From: Eledone cirrhosa | Taxonomy: Eukaryota | Direction of reading: 5' to 3' | Length of the DNA: 64,000 nucleotides | NCBI GenBank assembly: GCA_964016885.1 | Contig: OZ024746.1 | Span: 10,664,001 to 10,728,000 of the forward strand | Part shown: in pieces, positions 27,651 through 42,132 of the stretch | How the letters are laid out: each line of letters starts with the position of its first letter | How positions within the stretch are numbered: the stretch's first letter is position 1 | The notes under the pieces: model-generated | What the model saw: the letters and a program-made list of their open reading frames with translations, nothing else | The model's database searches: none | Told to the model about the DNA's origin: nothing | Made by a program: the position numbers and the translations under genes

Positions 27651-28372
27651 ATGCAGAATAGTTTTTGTGCATCTCACATGTTTTCTGTTTGGGGGCATCT
27701 TTTGTTGTTATTTCAGTATTTCAATTCTGCCAATCCACCGCCGCCGGGAAGAAATGAAATGTTTACTAATAATGCTGTAGACATAAATTAAGAGTAGTGA
27801 GAGTGGGGAAAAAGTTAATTCCGACGAATAAGGGTGGTAGAAGGGTCAGTAAGAAGGAGAAACATGCTAAAGGGACAAAAAATAAGAAAACGAAGAGATA
27901 AGCAACAAGGCCGCTTGAATATATGTTCGTTCCGGGTAGAACCATATAAAGAGACATTCGAAGAGGCGTATACAGAGATACACGTGCACACATAAGCACA
28001 AACATACACAAGGTTGTGACTCAGATGCACACTTATACTCAAACATAAACATTAGGTCACATTTTCTTTCTCATTAGAAAGTGTCCTTGTACATCGATCA
28101 AACAGTTGATCGAGGTCAAAATCCTGTGGTAGGAAACTTAGTTTATTTTATGACCAACATATCTTGTAGGGTATCATTAAAAAGAATATTGTATGCGTCA
28201 ATAAAATATATATGTAGCTGTTGATATCGTCTATTGGTAAATGTTAGAGTAATGTGTCTATTAATAAGTAAATTAATGACTCATCGCTAACGTCACTGTC
28301 GTAGTATCGTAGTAAGTAGTAAAACAATTGTTGTCAGGCAATGCTTCACGCTCGTTAATATACGAACTGTGA

Positions 28373-28451
<79 letters not shown>

Positions 28452-29083
28452 ATGTATGTATGCATACATGCATGAATGTATGTGCGTATATATGGATGTA
28501 TGTATTTATTTGTTCTATCTATTTCTCTCTCCCTCTCTCTCCCCCGCTCCCTCTACCAATCTATCTATATTTATCTCCCTATAATATCTATATAATATCT
28601 ATAACCCTCAAATTTGTTGACCATTCGATTTGTATTTCTATCTATTGACAAACACACACAAACACACACATACATATACATACACAAACACACACATACA
28701 CACACATATACATACACACACATACAGACACGACAATAAAATATATATCGATTATTCCACATTAAATATTAATATATTTCTCTTTGCTTTTCATTATCGT
28801 CTGATTTTCCGTACGATATCCTCATCTCCGCCATAATATTTTAACTTGTCTTATTTTATGTATTATAAATACGATGATCTGTTTTGTGAAACGAGCAATC
28901 AACTATTACTTTAGTGTTGAGAGATTGAATAATCTTAATGTAGCTTATAACTTTACAGGTTCATAGAAATTTGTGTATTTTTTCTATGAAACGTTCAGTG
29001 AAAATGTTGAATATATTATGTATATTGGATTGACATTGGAATTCATTTTGTAGTATTTAACTATGCTTTTTGAAAGGTGTGTG

Positions 29084-29115
<32 letters not shown>

Positions 29116-29199
29116 TGTATGTATGTATGTATGTATGTATGTATGTATGTATGTATGTATGTATGTATGTATGTATGTATGTATGTATGTATGTATGTA

Positions 29200-29268
<69 letters not shown>

Positions 29269-29272
29269 AATA

Positions 29273-29327
<55 letters not shown>

Positions 29328-29537
29328 TTCGTTTCTGAATTTGTTTAGCAAGATTCTTTATCTGAAAACGTGTGTTGAAACCGATATTGTTATACTTTGG
29401 GAGGGTCATGTTGCCAATAAGAAACACACGCACCCTATGCTTTCACTTCAATTTATTATAATAAATTTATAAATTTAGGAATTTATAAATTTCCGGTCGG
29501 TTGGTTGGTTCCACAACCAGATGGTTGTTTATATATT

Positions 29538-29580
29538 GTGAAAGTTCTTTCGTCACACATTCTCTGACCTCTTCAGTGAC
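29538..29580 (-). ncRNA. Type I hammerhead motif (left-arm copy, two substitutions)
   Basis: GTCA-CTGAAGA-G-GTCAGA-GAATG-TGTGAC-GAA-AGAACT-T-TCAC. Confidence 0.65.
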
Positions 29581-29703
29581 TGGGGATTCTTTTCTTTGTT
29601 TTTTTTGTGCCTCTCCTTTGTTCTGTCCTACGCCATCTCGTTTTTGTGTGTGTGTAGGACAGAACAAAGGAGAGGCACAAAAAAACAAAGAAAAGAATCC
29701 CCA

Positions 29704-29746
29704 GTCACTGAAGAGGTCACAGAATGTGTGACGAAAGAACTTTGAC
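29704..29746 (+). ncRNA. Type I hammerhead ribozyme motif, intact core
   Basis: GTCA-CTGAAGA-G-GTCACA-GAATG-TGTGAC-GAA-AGAACT-T-TGAC: 4-bp stem I, 6-bp stem II, minimal stem III. Confidence 0.8.
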
Positions 29747-29970
29747 AATATATAAACACCCATCTGGTTGTGGAACCAACCAACCAACCGGAAATTTATA
29801 AATTTATTATAATAAATTGAAGTGAAAGCAACTGGTGCGTGTGTTTCTTATTGGCAACATGACCCTCCCAAAGTATAACAATATATATATATATATATAA
29901 CTCGATTAGTACCTGCTATATGGCAGAAACAACTTCGATTCTTACCCAATATGTATATATATATAATATG

Positions 29971-30032
<62 letters not shown>

Positions 30033-30064
30033 ATATGTATGTATATATGTATGTATATATATAT

Positions 30065-30166
<102 letters not shown>

Positions 30167-30439
30167 ATGTGTGTGTTTATGTGTATGGTTGTGTGCTTGT
30201 GTGAGTGAAGGATGCTTTCACGTTTTCGGAAGTCCAGTAAAAGATAAATGAATAAATGAATAAAATAAGAAGAACCGGTTCCGAAATATGGTAAGCAGTC
30301 CATAAAGAAAAATTGAAACAGACAAATTAAAAGAGAATTCATGGATAGTCACGATTAGAAGCATGAACGAAATGTTTCGATCAATCAACTTTCTCTGTTA
30401 AGGGTCTCGCTCAAGCAGAGCTGAACTGGATATTGAACA

Positions 30440-30993
30440 GCAGTAACAATAGCGGTAACAACACCACAATAACGGTAACAACTAGCACAATAACGCTAAC
30501 AACAGCACAATAACGGTAACAGCAGCACAATAACGGTAACAACAGCACAATAACGGTAACAACAGCACAATAACGGTAACAGCTAGCACAATAACGGTAA
30601 CAACAGCACAATAACGGTAACAGCTAGCACAATAACGGTAACAACAGCACAATAACGGTAGCAGCACAATAACGGTAACAGCTAGCACAATAACAACAAC
30701 ATAATAACAATAACAATAATTGTCACAATAGCAACAACAATAGTCACAATAATAACAGAAACGACCACAATAACAACAACAACAACCACAACAACAACAA
30801 TAACAACAACAATAACAACCACAACAACAACCACAACAGCAACCACAACAACAACAACCACAATAACAACCACAATAACAACAACAACAACAACAACCAC
30901 AATAACAACAATAACAGCCACAAATAACAACAATAACAACCACCACAACAACAACAATAACAACCACAATAACAACCACAACAACAACAACAA
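30440..30993. repeat. 21-24-bp minisatellite (AACAGCACAATAACGGTAAC) grading into (AAC)n
   Basis: About 11 units to ~30700, then imperfect AAC/AAT/ACC triplets. Confidence 0.9.
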
Positions 30994-31339
30994 TTGTATA
31001 TATTTCTAGGTATAGTCACAATGTCTTCTATATTAGACTCTCTTCTGATGTAAACACAACAACAACAACAAACTAACAACATACGTCAGCTCAACAATCG
31101 AAACAACAATCACAACCATAATTTACAACAGTAACAATAAACTGGGACCTACATGGGTGCTTTACTTGTTAGAAATAACAACCAAACTTCCTAAAATTGT
31201 ATTCTGACTATAATGAAGCTGTAAGTTGTATTTTGTTTAGTTTAGGCCCAAACCCAGGATTGATACTTTAATATTTATTAATGTGACTAATCAATACACC
31301 AACACTTTGACGCCACAACTGACATTTTAGAACCAAAAT

Positions 31340-31570
31340 GGCTGACTGAATGCACACGTGCTTTTTATCGAAACTTTTTTTTCCGTTCCTTCCTCTTCTC
31401 ACTCTCTATCTTTCTTTTTTAGTTTTTATTTCTTATTCTATCTTCCGATGAAGGACTAGTGTCCGAAACGTAAAACAACTCTTTTTCTACTCTATCAAGC
31501 GTTAAACTAGTATATTTCTTCATTGTACTGTGTTGTTTGCTTTGTTGTTTCCGTTTACTTTTTGCATACA
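31340..31570 (+). mobile_element. Hammerhead-bearing short element; motif at 31441-31476
   Basis: TCTT-CCGATGA-A-GGAC-TAGT-GTCC-GAA-ACGT-A (U4>C in the core); aligns by eye with 49670-49890. Confidence 0.7.
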
Positions 31571-31774
31571 TTTCATCATTATCCCATTTTTGTTAATATT
31601 TAGACCAAAACGACGACCTTCTACTAGATAGACCTATATTTAGGACATAGCACGTTAATAACCAGTCATTACCTTGATAACACTAACTACACATTCTGTT
31701 CCTCCATTGCATCTTCCACAAACACTTTCCTTTCACAAGCTTCTCCTCTTTCCTCTAATATCATTATTGAAAGA

Positions 31775-31935
31775 TCTTCTTCTTCTTCTTCTTCTTCTTC
31801 TTCTTCTTCTTCTTCTTCTTCTTCTTCTTCTTCTTCTTCTTCTTCTTCTTCTTCTTCTTCTTCTTCTTCTTCTTCTTCTTCTTCTTCTTCTTCTTCTTCT
31901 TCTTCTTCATCATCATCATCATCATCATCATCACC
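31775..31935. repeat. (CTT)n followed by (CAT)n
   Basis: Direct observation. Confidence 0.95.
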
Positions 31936-32347
31936 ATCGTCTACTTCCACCTTCTGCTACCAACAACACTTCAACATTACAGGAGGTTTATATAACGAAC
32001 CTGACACCAGTTTCGCCACGAAACGTTAAATGATTTCATGAGGAGGGAAGGGAGGAGTAAACAAATTATAGGAGGATGTGGGTATGGGGTGGGGTATTCT
32101 TTGATTTCAATTATAATCTCCAGTTGGGCTATTTATATAATTGCAGCCTGAAACAACTCGTCAATAAGCGTCTGTTTAAATGAATTGGAAACTCTAAATT
32201 TCACTGAGTGATGGTTAGTAGTATTGGTGTTGACGCTAATGTATATTTATCGTGTTAGTGTTGTTGTTGTTGTTGTTTAGAGCCAAGAAAACAATGTTTC
32301 CTTTCTTGTTAGGGCATTAGATACATGATTTGAGGTATTTGAGGTAT

Positions 32348-32605
32348 CCTGAGTTCAAATCCCACCGAGGTCAACTTTGCCTTTCAACTTTCCGAGGTCA
32401 ATAAAATAAAGCACCATTAAAGTATCCACCTCTAAATTGCTGGCCTTCTGCCTAAATTAGACATCATTATGATTTAAACTTTTCAGTGAAGGCGTGTGGC
32501 TGAGTGGTTAGAGAATTGGATTCACAATCTTGAGGTTGTGAGTTCGATTCCTGGACCGGGCGATGCATTATGTCCTTGAGCAAGACACTTTATTTCACGT
32601 TGCCC
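32348..32605 (+). mobile_element. Family A SINE 3' part followed by family B (CORE-like) SINE 5' part
   Basis: GAGTTCAAATCCCACCGAGGTCAACTTTGCC..., then GGCGTGTGGCTGAGTGG...GAGTTCGATTCC...GTCCTTGAGCAAGACACTTTATTTCACGTTGC. Confidence 0.75.
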
Positions 32606-33362
32606 TTCTACCTGGAGTTGCGACCGATAGATAGTACTAGCAACTGGATAGACCAACGGGAACATTGTTTCCTCGGTCCGATTTGACGAAAGTCGATCGA
32701 TCCTTTAATGATTTTAAAAGAAATTCAGTTTTTGCCTCTATAGAGAGGAAGAATCGACTCCTGTACTGGACTGGGACTTTTTCTATCGACCTTGAAAGGA
32801 TGAAACACAAAATTGATCATGACAGGATTTGAACTCAGAGCGCAGAGAACTGGCGGGAATACAGCAAAGCATTCTATTCGATGTCCTAAATACTCTGCCA
32901 ATTCTTCACTTCCGGTTCCGGAATATTGCCCTATAAATTCTGTTATAAATAATGACCCAGCACTATTATATGTTACTATTAATAAAGATTTTTTTTATTT
33001 ACATTAGCACATGTCACATAGTTGTAAAGAACGGACAGGGTACGGTTAATTATTCCCAGTACATTACTAGTAATTATTTTATCCATCCCTGTGGAATGAA
33101 AGGAAAGAAATTCGACTTTATAAGACTTGAATTCTGAATGTATAGAAGGACATATTTAAATACCGCAAGTCATTTAATTTAGCACTAGAAACCTTATTCT
33201 ACTATTTAATTTCTGACACACAATCACCTTTATTAATATAGAACAGCTAGAAAGGAGAATATAACAGGAAGAGGTTGGTTAGGAAATGAGAGTGGGAAAG
33301 AGAGGGATAGTTTGAGAAAGGGAGAGGACATAAGACAGTAAGGGAGTGTGTGCGTCTGTGAG

Positions 33363-33457
<95 letters not shown>

Positions 33458-33879
33458 GAGAGAGAAAAGGAGGGTGTTTTAATAGAAGTTTGCATACGTC
33501 AGGCAGAGTGACTGATATTTCAGCTTAATATAAAGAAAGGTCAGAAGCGACGATGACAGAAGAGAGAGAGAGAGAGAGCGAGATAGGGGGGGGGGGCGTA
33601 AAGGGAGGGAACGGAAATAACGAGAAAGGTAATGAGACGGATAGATGCGTGCGCACACTTACATGCATTGCAGGACATTCCAACAAGTATTTATCTCAGC
33701 TTCTCAATCTATCTATGTTTATATATTATATATATGTCTGTTTGTCTGCCTGTCTTAGTGTCCGTGCATCTATTCACTCACACATCCAACCAACATGCAT
33801 CTAATATTTGATAAAAAAAACCCTTAAAGTAGATCGACTGTCGTGGAAAAATGTCAGAATGTTAATATATCTTCAGATG

Positions 33880-34160
33880 TAGCGAATATCAATATTTACC
33901 ATTTTGTCACAAACAAACATATGTTGGTCTCTACTTCCTATTTAAAATTCATGGAACATTGCTGTACAGTAGATAGTTAGTGACATATCATGGAATGTAC
34001 ATTGATGAAACTCTAGATTGGAATAAACATGTCACTATTCTTATCTTACAAATTGTAGCAGAGCAAATGGTATTTTGGCAAAAGATAGGCACTATTTACA
34101 TTTTAAACAGTCTGATCTACGTATATTACACTCACATGTTTTAATCTTGTCAACTATGAT
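33880..34160 (+). mobile_element. Degenerate CR1/L2-group LINE RT C-terminal fragment
   Basis: VTYHGMYIDETLDWNKHV then SRANGILAKDRHY (compare KYLGV.ID..L.W..H...KLSRANGIL.KIRHY). Confidence 0.65.
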
Positions 34161-34437
34161 GATCGGTTGTTATTTCAAGGACTTCCGAATGTCACAGGAC
34201 CGGTGTTTATCTCTGGGTTTCATGATGTCAAGAGGATGAGAAATATATCTCACCCTGGGCAGAAACATCAGATGGAGGATATCACATGTAACATTTCTTG
34301 TGGTCTAAATTTCAAACAACACTGAAAACTAACAAAACAGCAATGAGCTGTTCATATCCTTCAGTATCTCTGTGAAAGGAAATATTTAAATGTTATGTTT
34401 TTACAATGCTCTACCGATGACAAAATACATTCCTGTC

Positions 34438-34524
<87 letters not shown>

Positions 34525-34528
<4 letters not shown>

Positions 34529-34685
34529 TTGCGAGGTTTTTGTCAATGGTAAACATTGAGGACCGAATAAATTAACTGATATAAAGATACAGAAGGGAAA
34601 ACCAACCAAACAGTGACTGTGTTCTGTTATTAATTTTGGCAATATTATTACAACAACATGACCCTCTCCAAGTATAACAATATAT
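34525..34685 (+). mobile_element. 3' part of the 29384/41232 hammerhead-element family
   Basis: Reverse-complement homologous to 41232-41380; ends CATGACCCTCTCCAAGTATAACAA then (TA)n. Confidence 0.75.
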
Positions 34686-34936
34686 ATATATAATGATAAT
34701 AATAATAATGAAAATTATTGTGTACAGTGTTTAGGTGCACTACATTCCCCGACAATAGTTGAGTACTATAGATTAACTGGTTGCTTACACCTACCATCCA
34801 GTTGCTTGGCACTCTCTATCTTCCGTTCTCTCGAGTTATGGGTAAAGTTTGATAAAAATATAACAGAATGTATTTGTAAAGATACCTCGAAATTAATAAT
34901 ACAAAATTCTACCAGAGTTTCTTTCGCCCACTTTAC

Positions 34937-34987
34937 CTCCACAAACACAAACACACCAACAATGAGCAACAATGAAACAATTAACAT
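34937..34987 (-). CDS. Candidate signal-peptide exon (MLIVSLLLIVGVFVFVE)
   Basis: Strong acceptor GTTCCTTTTTATTTACAG|AT-ATG and donor GAG|GTAAAG; hydrophobic 17-aa peptide. Confidence 0.35.
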
Positions 34988-36389
34988 ATCTGTAAATAAA
35001 AAGGAACACTTAAACGGACTAAACAGTTTTCTGGATCACAAAATCTAAAAAAATCGGAGTTTAACACAGGTTTTTACTCCATTATGTGACTGAGAGATAA
35101 ATTTTATCCTAGAAAAGACGACTTGCTCTTATTGATAGCTGTTCTGGCAATTAGAATTGAACCAAGTACTGTAAGCCGATGAACAACTGCATATATTGGT
35201 AAAGTAAACCACCAGTACTCAACAGTTGACAGTCATGGGTTTTGGTAATATACATAACGCAGGTCACAAATCACCTACATCTCTGATGGATACCCTAACT
35301 CGGTCAGCCGAATACGTAATTTAACGAAGTATAATTAAATCCTGCAGTTGTTTTCAACTTGTTCCCAACAGAACAAAACCGAAGACACATTGCTAGGTTA
35401 TCCTGTTCATTTTAAACGAGAAGAAGTTTCATGTGAAAGCAATTGATTGACTGAAGAATATTTCGGCATTTCCAGTTGTGGTGGACCTTAAAAATAAGCC
35501 GTCTCCATAAGGCGTTTGTTGAATGAGATTTGGGGTTGATCAGGTCTAGAAGGTTCGGTGTTGGCGTGAATCAATAAATGTTATTTCTTCATTAAATACT
35601 GTAAGATATGCAGTATCATTCTAACTCAACAAAGCATTGAGACACGTACTTTGGATTGGGTAAAATATGTCCTTTCTTGTGAAAGTGGGTATAGCTTTCA
35701 TTATGTAAATTCTCCCCATTTTGCCTCACTTCTCCCCGTTCTGGGGCACTTTTTGTCCTGGTACTCCCCGCTTGGGTTTTTGGGGGTTGGCAGGTCTGTT
35801 ATTGTACATAGAAAATTGCTTGTTGTTTTTGTCTGAATATACACTTCATGTCAGTGATATGTGACGAATTTCTCTGCGTAGGTGTAAAGTTCCTGACAAA
35901 CTCAATCTACGAGCTGATCTCGATCCCGTTTAGAGATATTTCACATATTTCATTAATATAACAGGAAAGCAAGTTCGCAACAACTTGTATCCCCTCCCCC
36001 CTGTCCAATATTCATTAAGACTGATGTTAATGCAGTGAGTAATAGCGCCTATTAAAGGCCAAACATTTAATTCTATTTATCGCACTACTGCCTGCCTAAA
36101 TAATTATCACTAGTGTACCGAGAATACTGAATTATCATGTATAAAATCGAGGTCATGTGTTGAAATAGAAAATATGTGTAAATACTACAGCAAACATGAA
36201 ATAGATAGAAATAGGAAAAAACATACAATCTTCACGTGCCATGGTGTCTTTACATAATTTATCTTTAAAAGTGGATTTTTTCATGATTAATTACCAATTT
36301 TTAATTACCAAATCAAAGATATTCTTTAGTAAATTCTGGAATATTTTTAATTATATAACAGATGATACAAATCCATACATGTTAATGTA

Positions 36390-36606
36390 CGAGGGGGTGC
36401 TGGATAGTTCCTGGCTTTGGGTAAAATAAAATACAGGAGGATCAGTTAATTATGATTTTATTCAACATACTCCCCTCTCAGATTCACACATTTATTGCAG
36501 CGGCCCTTCAGTTTTTCTAAGCCCTATAAAAAGAACTCCGAAGGTTGGGCCTCCAGCTAAGCCTCTGCAGCAGCCATCAAACCAGGAACTTTTCAGCACC
36601 TCCTCG
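36390..36606. mobile_element. Mariner-derived MITE, 217 bp
   Basis: TA flanks; imperfect TIRs CGAGGGGGTGCTGGATAGTTCCTGG / CCAGGAACTTTTCAGCACCTCCTCG; retains a mariner C-terminal remnant RCNKCVNLRGEYVE* on the minus strand. Confidence 0.85.
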
Positions 36607-37076
36607 TATATGTTGCACCTCTATATATGTTTGTGATTTATGTGTGGTCTTATGAAATGTCACAGTTAATCAAGTTATGCTATTTAATTTTGGTGGGAGG
36701 TGAGGAGGGGGGCAAACATTAATCACTCTATACTTGTTGCTATGATATTTGTTACTATATAGCAGTGATATTAATTTGAACGTGGGTGTCCATATACATT
36801 AACTACAAACAATCTCAGTCCTATAAATTTCGAGGGTTGGTATTAGAAATTCATGAGAAAATTATCTTTAAAGATATCTGCGTGATGTAATGCATATGTT
36901 TTCATAATATTACTATTACAGTTATTCAAGATTGTTCATATTTTTAGATATTTCATTTCCATTTATTTGCATTTACACTTAAAAAACATGAATGTTTAGA
37001 TTGAACTGAAAATGGTATGAATTTATGTCAGATTGTATATTTCAATGACAAACATAGCAAAAGAATATTTTTATTA

Positions 37077-37541
37077 TTGGCAGTATCGGTAGAAGGTCGG
37101 ACGCCATGTTTTGTAGCCTAGAGTTACGCCCCTTTATAGTTTGAGTTCAAATTTCGCCGAGGTTCACTTTGCCTTTCATTCTTACGGGGTCGATAAAATA
37201 AAGTACCAGTAATATACTGGGATAATTGCTGGCCTTGTGCCAAAAGTAGAAACAATTATATGGTTTGGGAAGGCGATGGTGGATTGGTAGGATCGGTAGA
37301 GCGTCGGACAATATGCTCTGTGGTATAGAGTTACGGCCCTTTACGTTCTGAGTTTGAATCCCGCCTACATTAGCTTTGATCTTTTATGCTTACGGGGTCG
37401 ATAAAATAAAGTACCAGTAAGGCACTGGGGTAGATTTAGTCGACTTTTCCTTTCCCCAAAATTGTTGGCCTTGTGCCTGAATCAAAAATCATTCTATGCT
37501 TTCGGTGGCGGCGGATTGTCAGTATCGGTGGAGCGTCGGAC

Positions 37542-37542
<1 letters not shown>
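37077..37542 (+). mobile_element. Three tandem family A SINEs (37077-37258, 37271-37493, 5' stub 37503-37542)
   Basis: Repeated A-box and B-box heads and conserved bodies. Confidence 0.85.
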
Positions 37543-37598
<56 letters not shown>

Positions 37599-38206
37599 TC
37601 TATCTCTCTCTCTCTATCCATCTATCTATCTATCTATCTAGGAGGAAAAAGAGGGAAAAGAGGAAGAGAGGAAGGCAGTACTCACTCTTGGTGCTCTTGG
37701 AGATGAGGGCTGTACATTTTTTCGGGGTGTGTACAACCCCTGTGTAACACCTCCCCCCTATTGGGGATTTCAATTGTTATTTGTTATTGTATTAATAGTT
37801 TTATTTTCATATACCTGTATGTAAACTCCCCATTTGTATTTGTCCCCTTCTTTTGTGCCCTTGTGTCTAATAAAGAAATTTATCTATCTAAACACCCATC
37901 ACATACGAAACTATTACAACTTACTATAATACTCCCAAGAGAGAGGAAATGAAACCAATATAGGAAATTAATAGACAAAAAAAAAAAAAAATAGAAGAAA
38001 TAGAAGCCATGGAAAAGAAAGCAAACGAAAGAAAAAAGAAAAACTAATAGAAAAATATGTAATATAAATATAATACTGCTGCTGCTGTAGTGACAATGAT
38101 GTTGATAAAGATATTAATAGAAAGGGCAAGATGACGATATGTTGGTAGAGAGACGAAGGTAGAATACCGATGATGCTGGAAAGATCAAGGACAGTCTCAT
38201 TGATAA

Positions 38207-38382
38207 CTGTTTCTACTTTAGGCACAAGGCCAGCAACTACCCAGTACATTACTGGTACTTTATTTTATCGACCCCGTAAGGATGAAAGGCAAAGTAAACC
38301 TCGGCGGGATTTGAACTCAGACTGTAAAGGGACGTAACTATGCTAGAAAGCATGGCGTCCAACCCTCTACCGATACTGCCAT
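38207..38382 (-). mobile_element. Family A SINE (a truncated sibling lies at 38524-38606)
   Basis: Near-identical to 5688-5879 and 54677-54862. Confidence 0.85.
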
Positions 38383-38821
38383 TGATAACACCTTTGAACA
38401 AGTGAATGCTTCCATATGTGTATGAATACACACACACACTCGCACACACATATACATGTATACATGCGCACACACACACACACACACACTATACACACTA
38501 TACATAGGTATGATATAATAACATTGTTTCTACTTTTGGCACAAGGCCAGCAATTACCCAGTACATAACTGGTACTTTATTTGATCGACCCCGTATGGAT
38601 GAAAGGTATGATATAATATAATATACATGCATGTGTTTATCTGTCCATGTGAATGCATATATATATGAATAAATTCATGTATATGTATATATATATATAT
38701 ACTTATATATATATGTGTATATATATATGTATATATATGTACAATTATATATATGTATATATATGTACAATTATATATGTGTATATATATGTATATATAT
38801 ATATATATGTACAATTACATA

Positions 38822-38861
<40 letters not shown>

Positions 38862-38940
38862 CGAAGGAAGTGTGGTAAGGAACCAGATGGACCATCCGTC
38901 GAAACGGCTTGAGCTGTGCCGTCGGGGTCTTGAACATTTA

Positions 38941-38969
<29 letters not shown>

Positions 38970-38973
<4 letters not shown>

Positions 38974-39261
38974 GACGGGTAAAATTTCTGAGATCCATGG
39001 ACGACTTCTCTTCAGCGGTCTCTGTCCATCATCATCATCGCCATGTCCTGCGTCTCCCAGAGACCAGTGTCTGTCCTTAGGGCATTAATATATGTCAACC
39101 GCGGTCTCGCTCTTCTAGTGAGTTTGTATAGGGGTCCCACAGGCGCACTGAGTGCAGTGTCAACTCTGAATGTCGGTGAGCATGTCCAGCTAACCTCAGT
39201 CTCCTCTGTGTTATTTTCGAGCAGACTTTTGGGCGGCTGCCGTACAGCTCCGAGTTGTCCA
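38970..39261 (-). mobile_element. 3' end of an RTE-clade LINE
   Basis: [29 protein letters not shown]...LWDP, then after a frameshift [18 protein letters not shown]...MMDRDR. Confidence 0.8.
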
Positions 39262-39436
39262 TATATATATATATACATATATGTATATATGTATGTATGT
39301 AGAAATATGTAAGAATGTATGTAGAAATATATATATATATGTATATATGTATATATATATGTATATATGTATATATATATATATATATATGAAAAATATG
39401 AAAACATGGCGTGCTGCGTGGTTGCAAATGGGTTAC

Positions 39437-39719
39437 ATATGAATAAATTTAGTCCTTCATCAGTGATCTTCCAGCCTTCATTGGTATTTCATCGCTTTAA
39501 AGACCATATACCTCTGGTTGGTGCGAGCAACGGCTAAAGAAACTCGTTGGGACACGTAAATAGGGGGAACGAGCGAGACAGTAAACAAACAAAGATGGTA
39601 ATGCAACGAAAAGTGAGGACTTTCTTTAGCCGTTGCTCGCACCAACCAGAGGTATATGGTCTTTAAAGCTATGAAATACCTATGAAGGCTGGAAGATCAC
39701 TGATGAAGGACTAAATTTA

Positions 39720-39726
<7 letters not shown>
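39437..39726. repeat. Inverted repeat with ~106-bp arms and 78-bp spacer
   Basis: 39437-39542 is the reverse complement of 39621-39726; the arms carry CTGATGAAGGAC; the right end abuts (TA)n. Confidence 0.9.
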
Positions 39727-39778
<52 letters not shown>

Positions 39779-40652
39779 GATACTCGAGAAGCTCTGCCAA
39801 AATAAAACAGGATACATTTATAAAGAAATACAGGCATGTTTCACACCCATATGGTTCTGAATCCGATCTCACTACAATGAACGTTCACCAAGTGTCTTGT
39901 ACCCTGGCTTCCACTTTGTTAGATTAAAACTAAATGTATTTGTATGTATTTGTATGTATATTCCTTAGCTTTTTCTAACAGCGTAAAATTATAACACCAG
40001 CAACATAAAAGGAAGGAAAAAACATGGAAAATATAACAGTTTTTTTACGAATGAAGTTAGACTTTCTCATGTCATTCACAGCATCTGTCAAATGTAAAGT
40101 AAAGCAATGGTTGAACCGCTGGAAACATGTAACCACCTAAGCTATTTGAAACACATTTCTCGATAAAATAAATAAATTAATAAAATGAACAAAAACATGT
40201 ATAAATCTACACATAAAACATATATGTAAACACGCACAGACACATACATGTATGCATTTATATACGGATATATATATATATATATATACGGATATATATA
40301 TATATATATTATATATATTAGGATTGGTATATATATATTGGAATACACATACACACACACATATATATATATATCTATCTATATATATATATGTGTTAGT
40401 TAATTCCGTAGGAAAAGCAAAGGAAAAAAGAGTGCTCTGTGTATAGAACAGAGCTTTTTAATTAGAAAGTGAACAACACAATGTTATATTTTGTGTTGTT
40501 CACTTTCTAATTATATATATAGAATTAGCCGTCGAAACGGCTTGAGCTCAGCTGTCGGGGTCTTACTGGTTCCTATTACCCACTCTACTACCTCAAGTAT
40601 TGAGTACTTTGGTGCGTTATGGTCCACCTGGTTCCTTACCACATTTCCTTCG

Positions 40653-41141
<489 letters not shown>

Positions 41142-41231
41142 CTTATACTCCAGAAAACTTGTCGAGTGCTTCGAATCTGTTATAAATAAATTTGTTGAAT
41201 TACCAGCAAATTAAATATCTCTTTGTTTATA

Positions 41232-41520
41232 TATTGTTATACTTGGGGAGGGTCATATTTGTGTAATAATATTGCCAGAATTAATAACAGAACACACTCA
41301 CTGTTTGGTTGGTTTTCGCTTCTGTTTATTTTATATCGGTTAATTGTATTTATTCGGTCCTCAATGTTACCATTGACTGACCAACGGTCAAAAATACAGA
41401 TACAATATAGACACAAACACATATATATAGTCTAACAAAGTTCTTTCGTTGCACATCTGCAACATCGTCAGTGGTGCTATTATGTTTCCTCCTGTTGTAT
41501 TGTATGCTTACGCCATCTTT
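41232..41520 (-). mobile_element. Hammerhead-bearing short element; motif at 41434-41475
   Basis: CA-CTGACGA-T-GTTGCA-GATG-TGCAAC-GAA-AGAACT-T-TG; same terminus as the 29384 element. Confidence 0.8.
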
Positions 41521-41531
41521 ATTTAGTCTGT

Positions 41532-41562
<31 letters not shown>

Positions 41563-41709
41563 TACTTCTCTTAGGTCAGTATATATATATTGTTGCCGGC
41601 TGAGAAAAAAAAGAACTCGACAGCGAAGTAGAGTTTTAATATTCATTTTATTAAGGCTAAATAGTGAGTCTTGTTACTCTGATGATAACTCACTATTTAT
41701 CCTTAATAA

Positions 41710-41742
<33 letters not shown>

Positions 41743-41773
41743 AAGAATCAAAGGACTGTTCAAAACATTATTG

Positions 41774-41820
41774 TGCTTACAGCTGTTTCCTCCAAACCGA
41801 GGTTTGGATTCTTCGGAGCA
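41774..41820 (-). ncRNA. Type I hammerhead motif with palindromic stem III
   Basis: TGCT-CCGAAGA-A-TCCAAACC-TC-GGTTTGGA-G-GAA-ACAGCTGT-A-AGCA (U4>C in the core). Confidence 0.7.
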
Positions 41821-42056
41821 ATTTATTAATGCATGGACAGTTATATGACCTCCTTTTCAGCCGAGATAAATTTGCTCCTTTTCAGCCGAGATAAATTTAC
41901 TGCTCTGTAAATCATCTGATGTTTTTACATTGAGCTACTTAACTTACTGGTAATAAGGTAGTAATACATTACTGCCTACCACTATTTAGGGTGTGTGTAA
42001 AATACTTACAACTGCTTAAGGTTTTGTGTTTACATAACCATAAATAGTATAACTAA

Positions 42057-42132
<76 letters not shown>

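Larger units (their letters stand above)
29384..29884. repeat. ~500-bp inverted repeat made of two copies of a hammerhead-bearing element
   Basis: Arm 29384-29631 is the reverse complement of 29654-29884, apart from a few SNPs and one 16-bp duplication; ~22-bp spacer. Confidence 0.95.
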
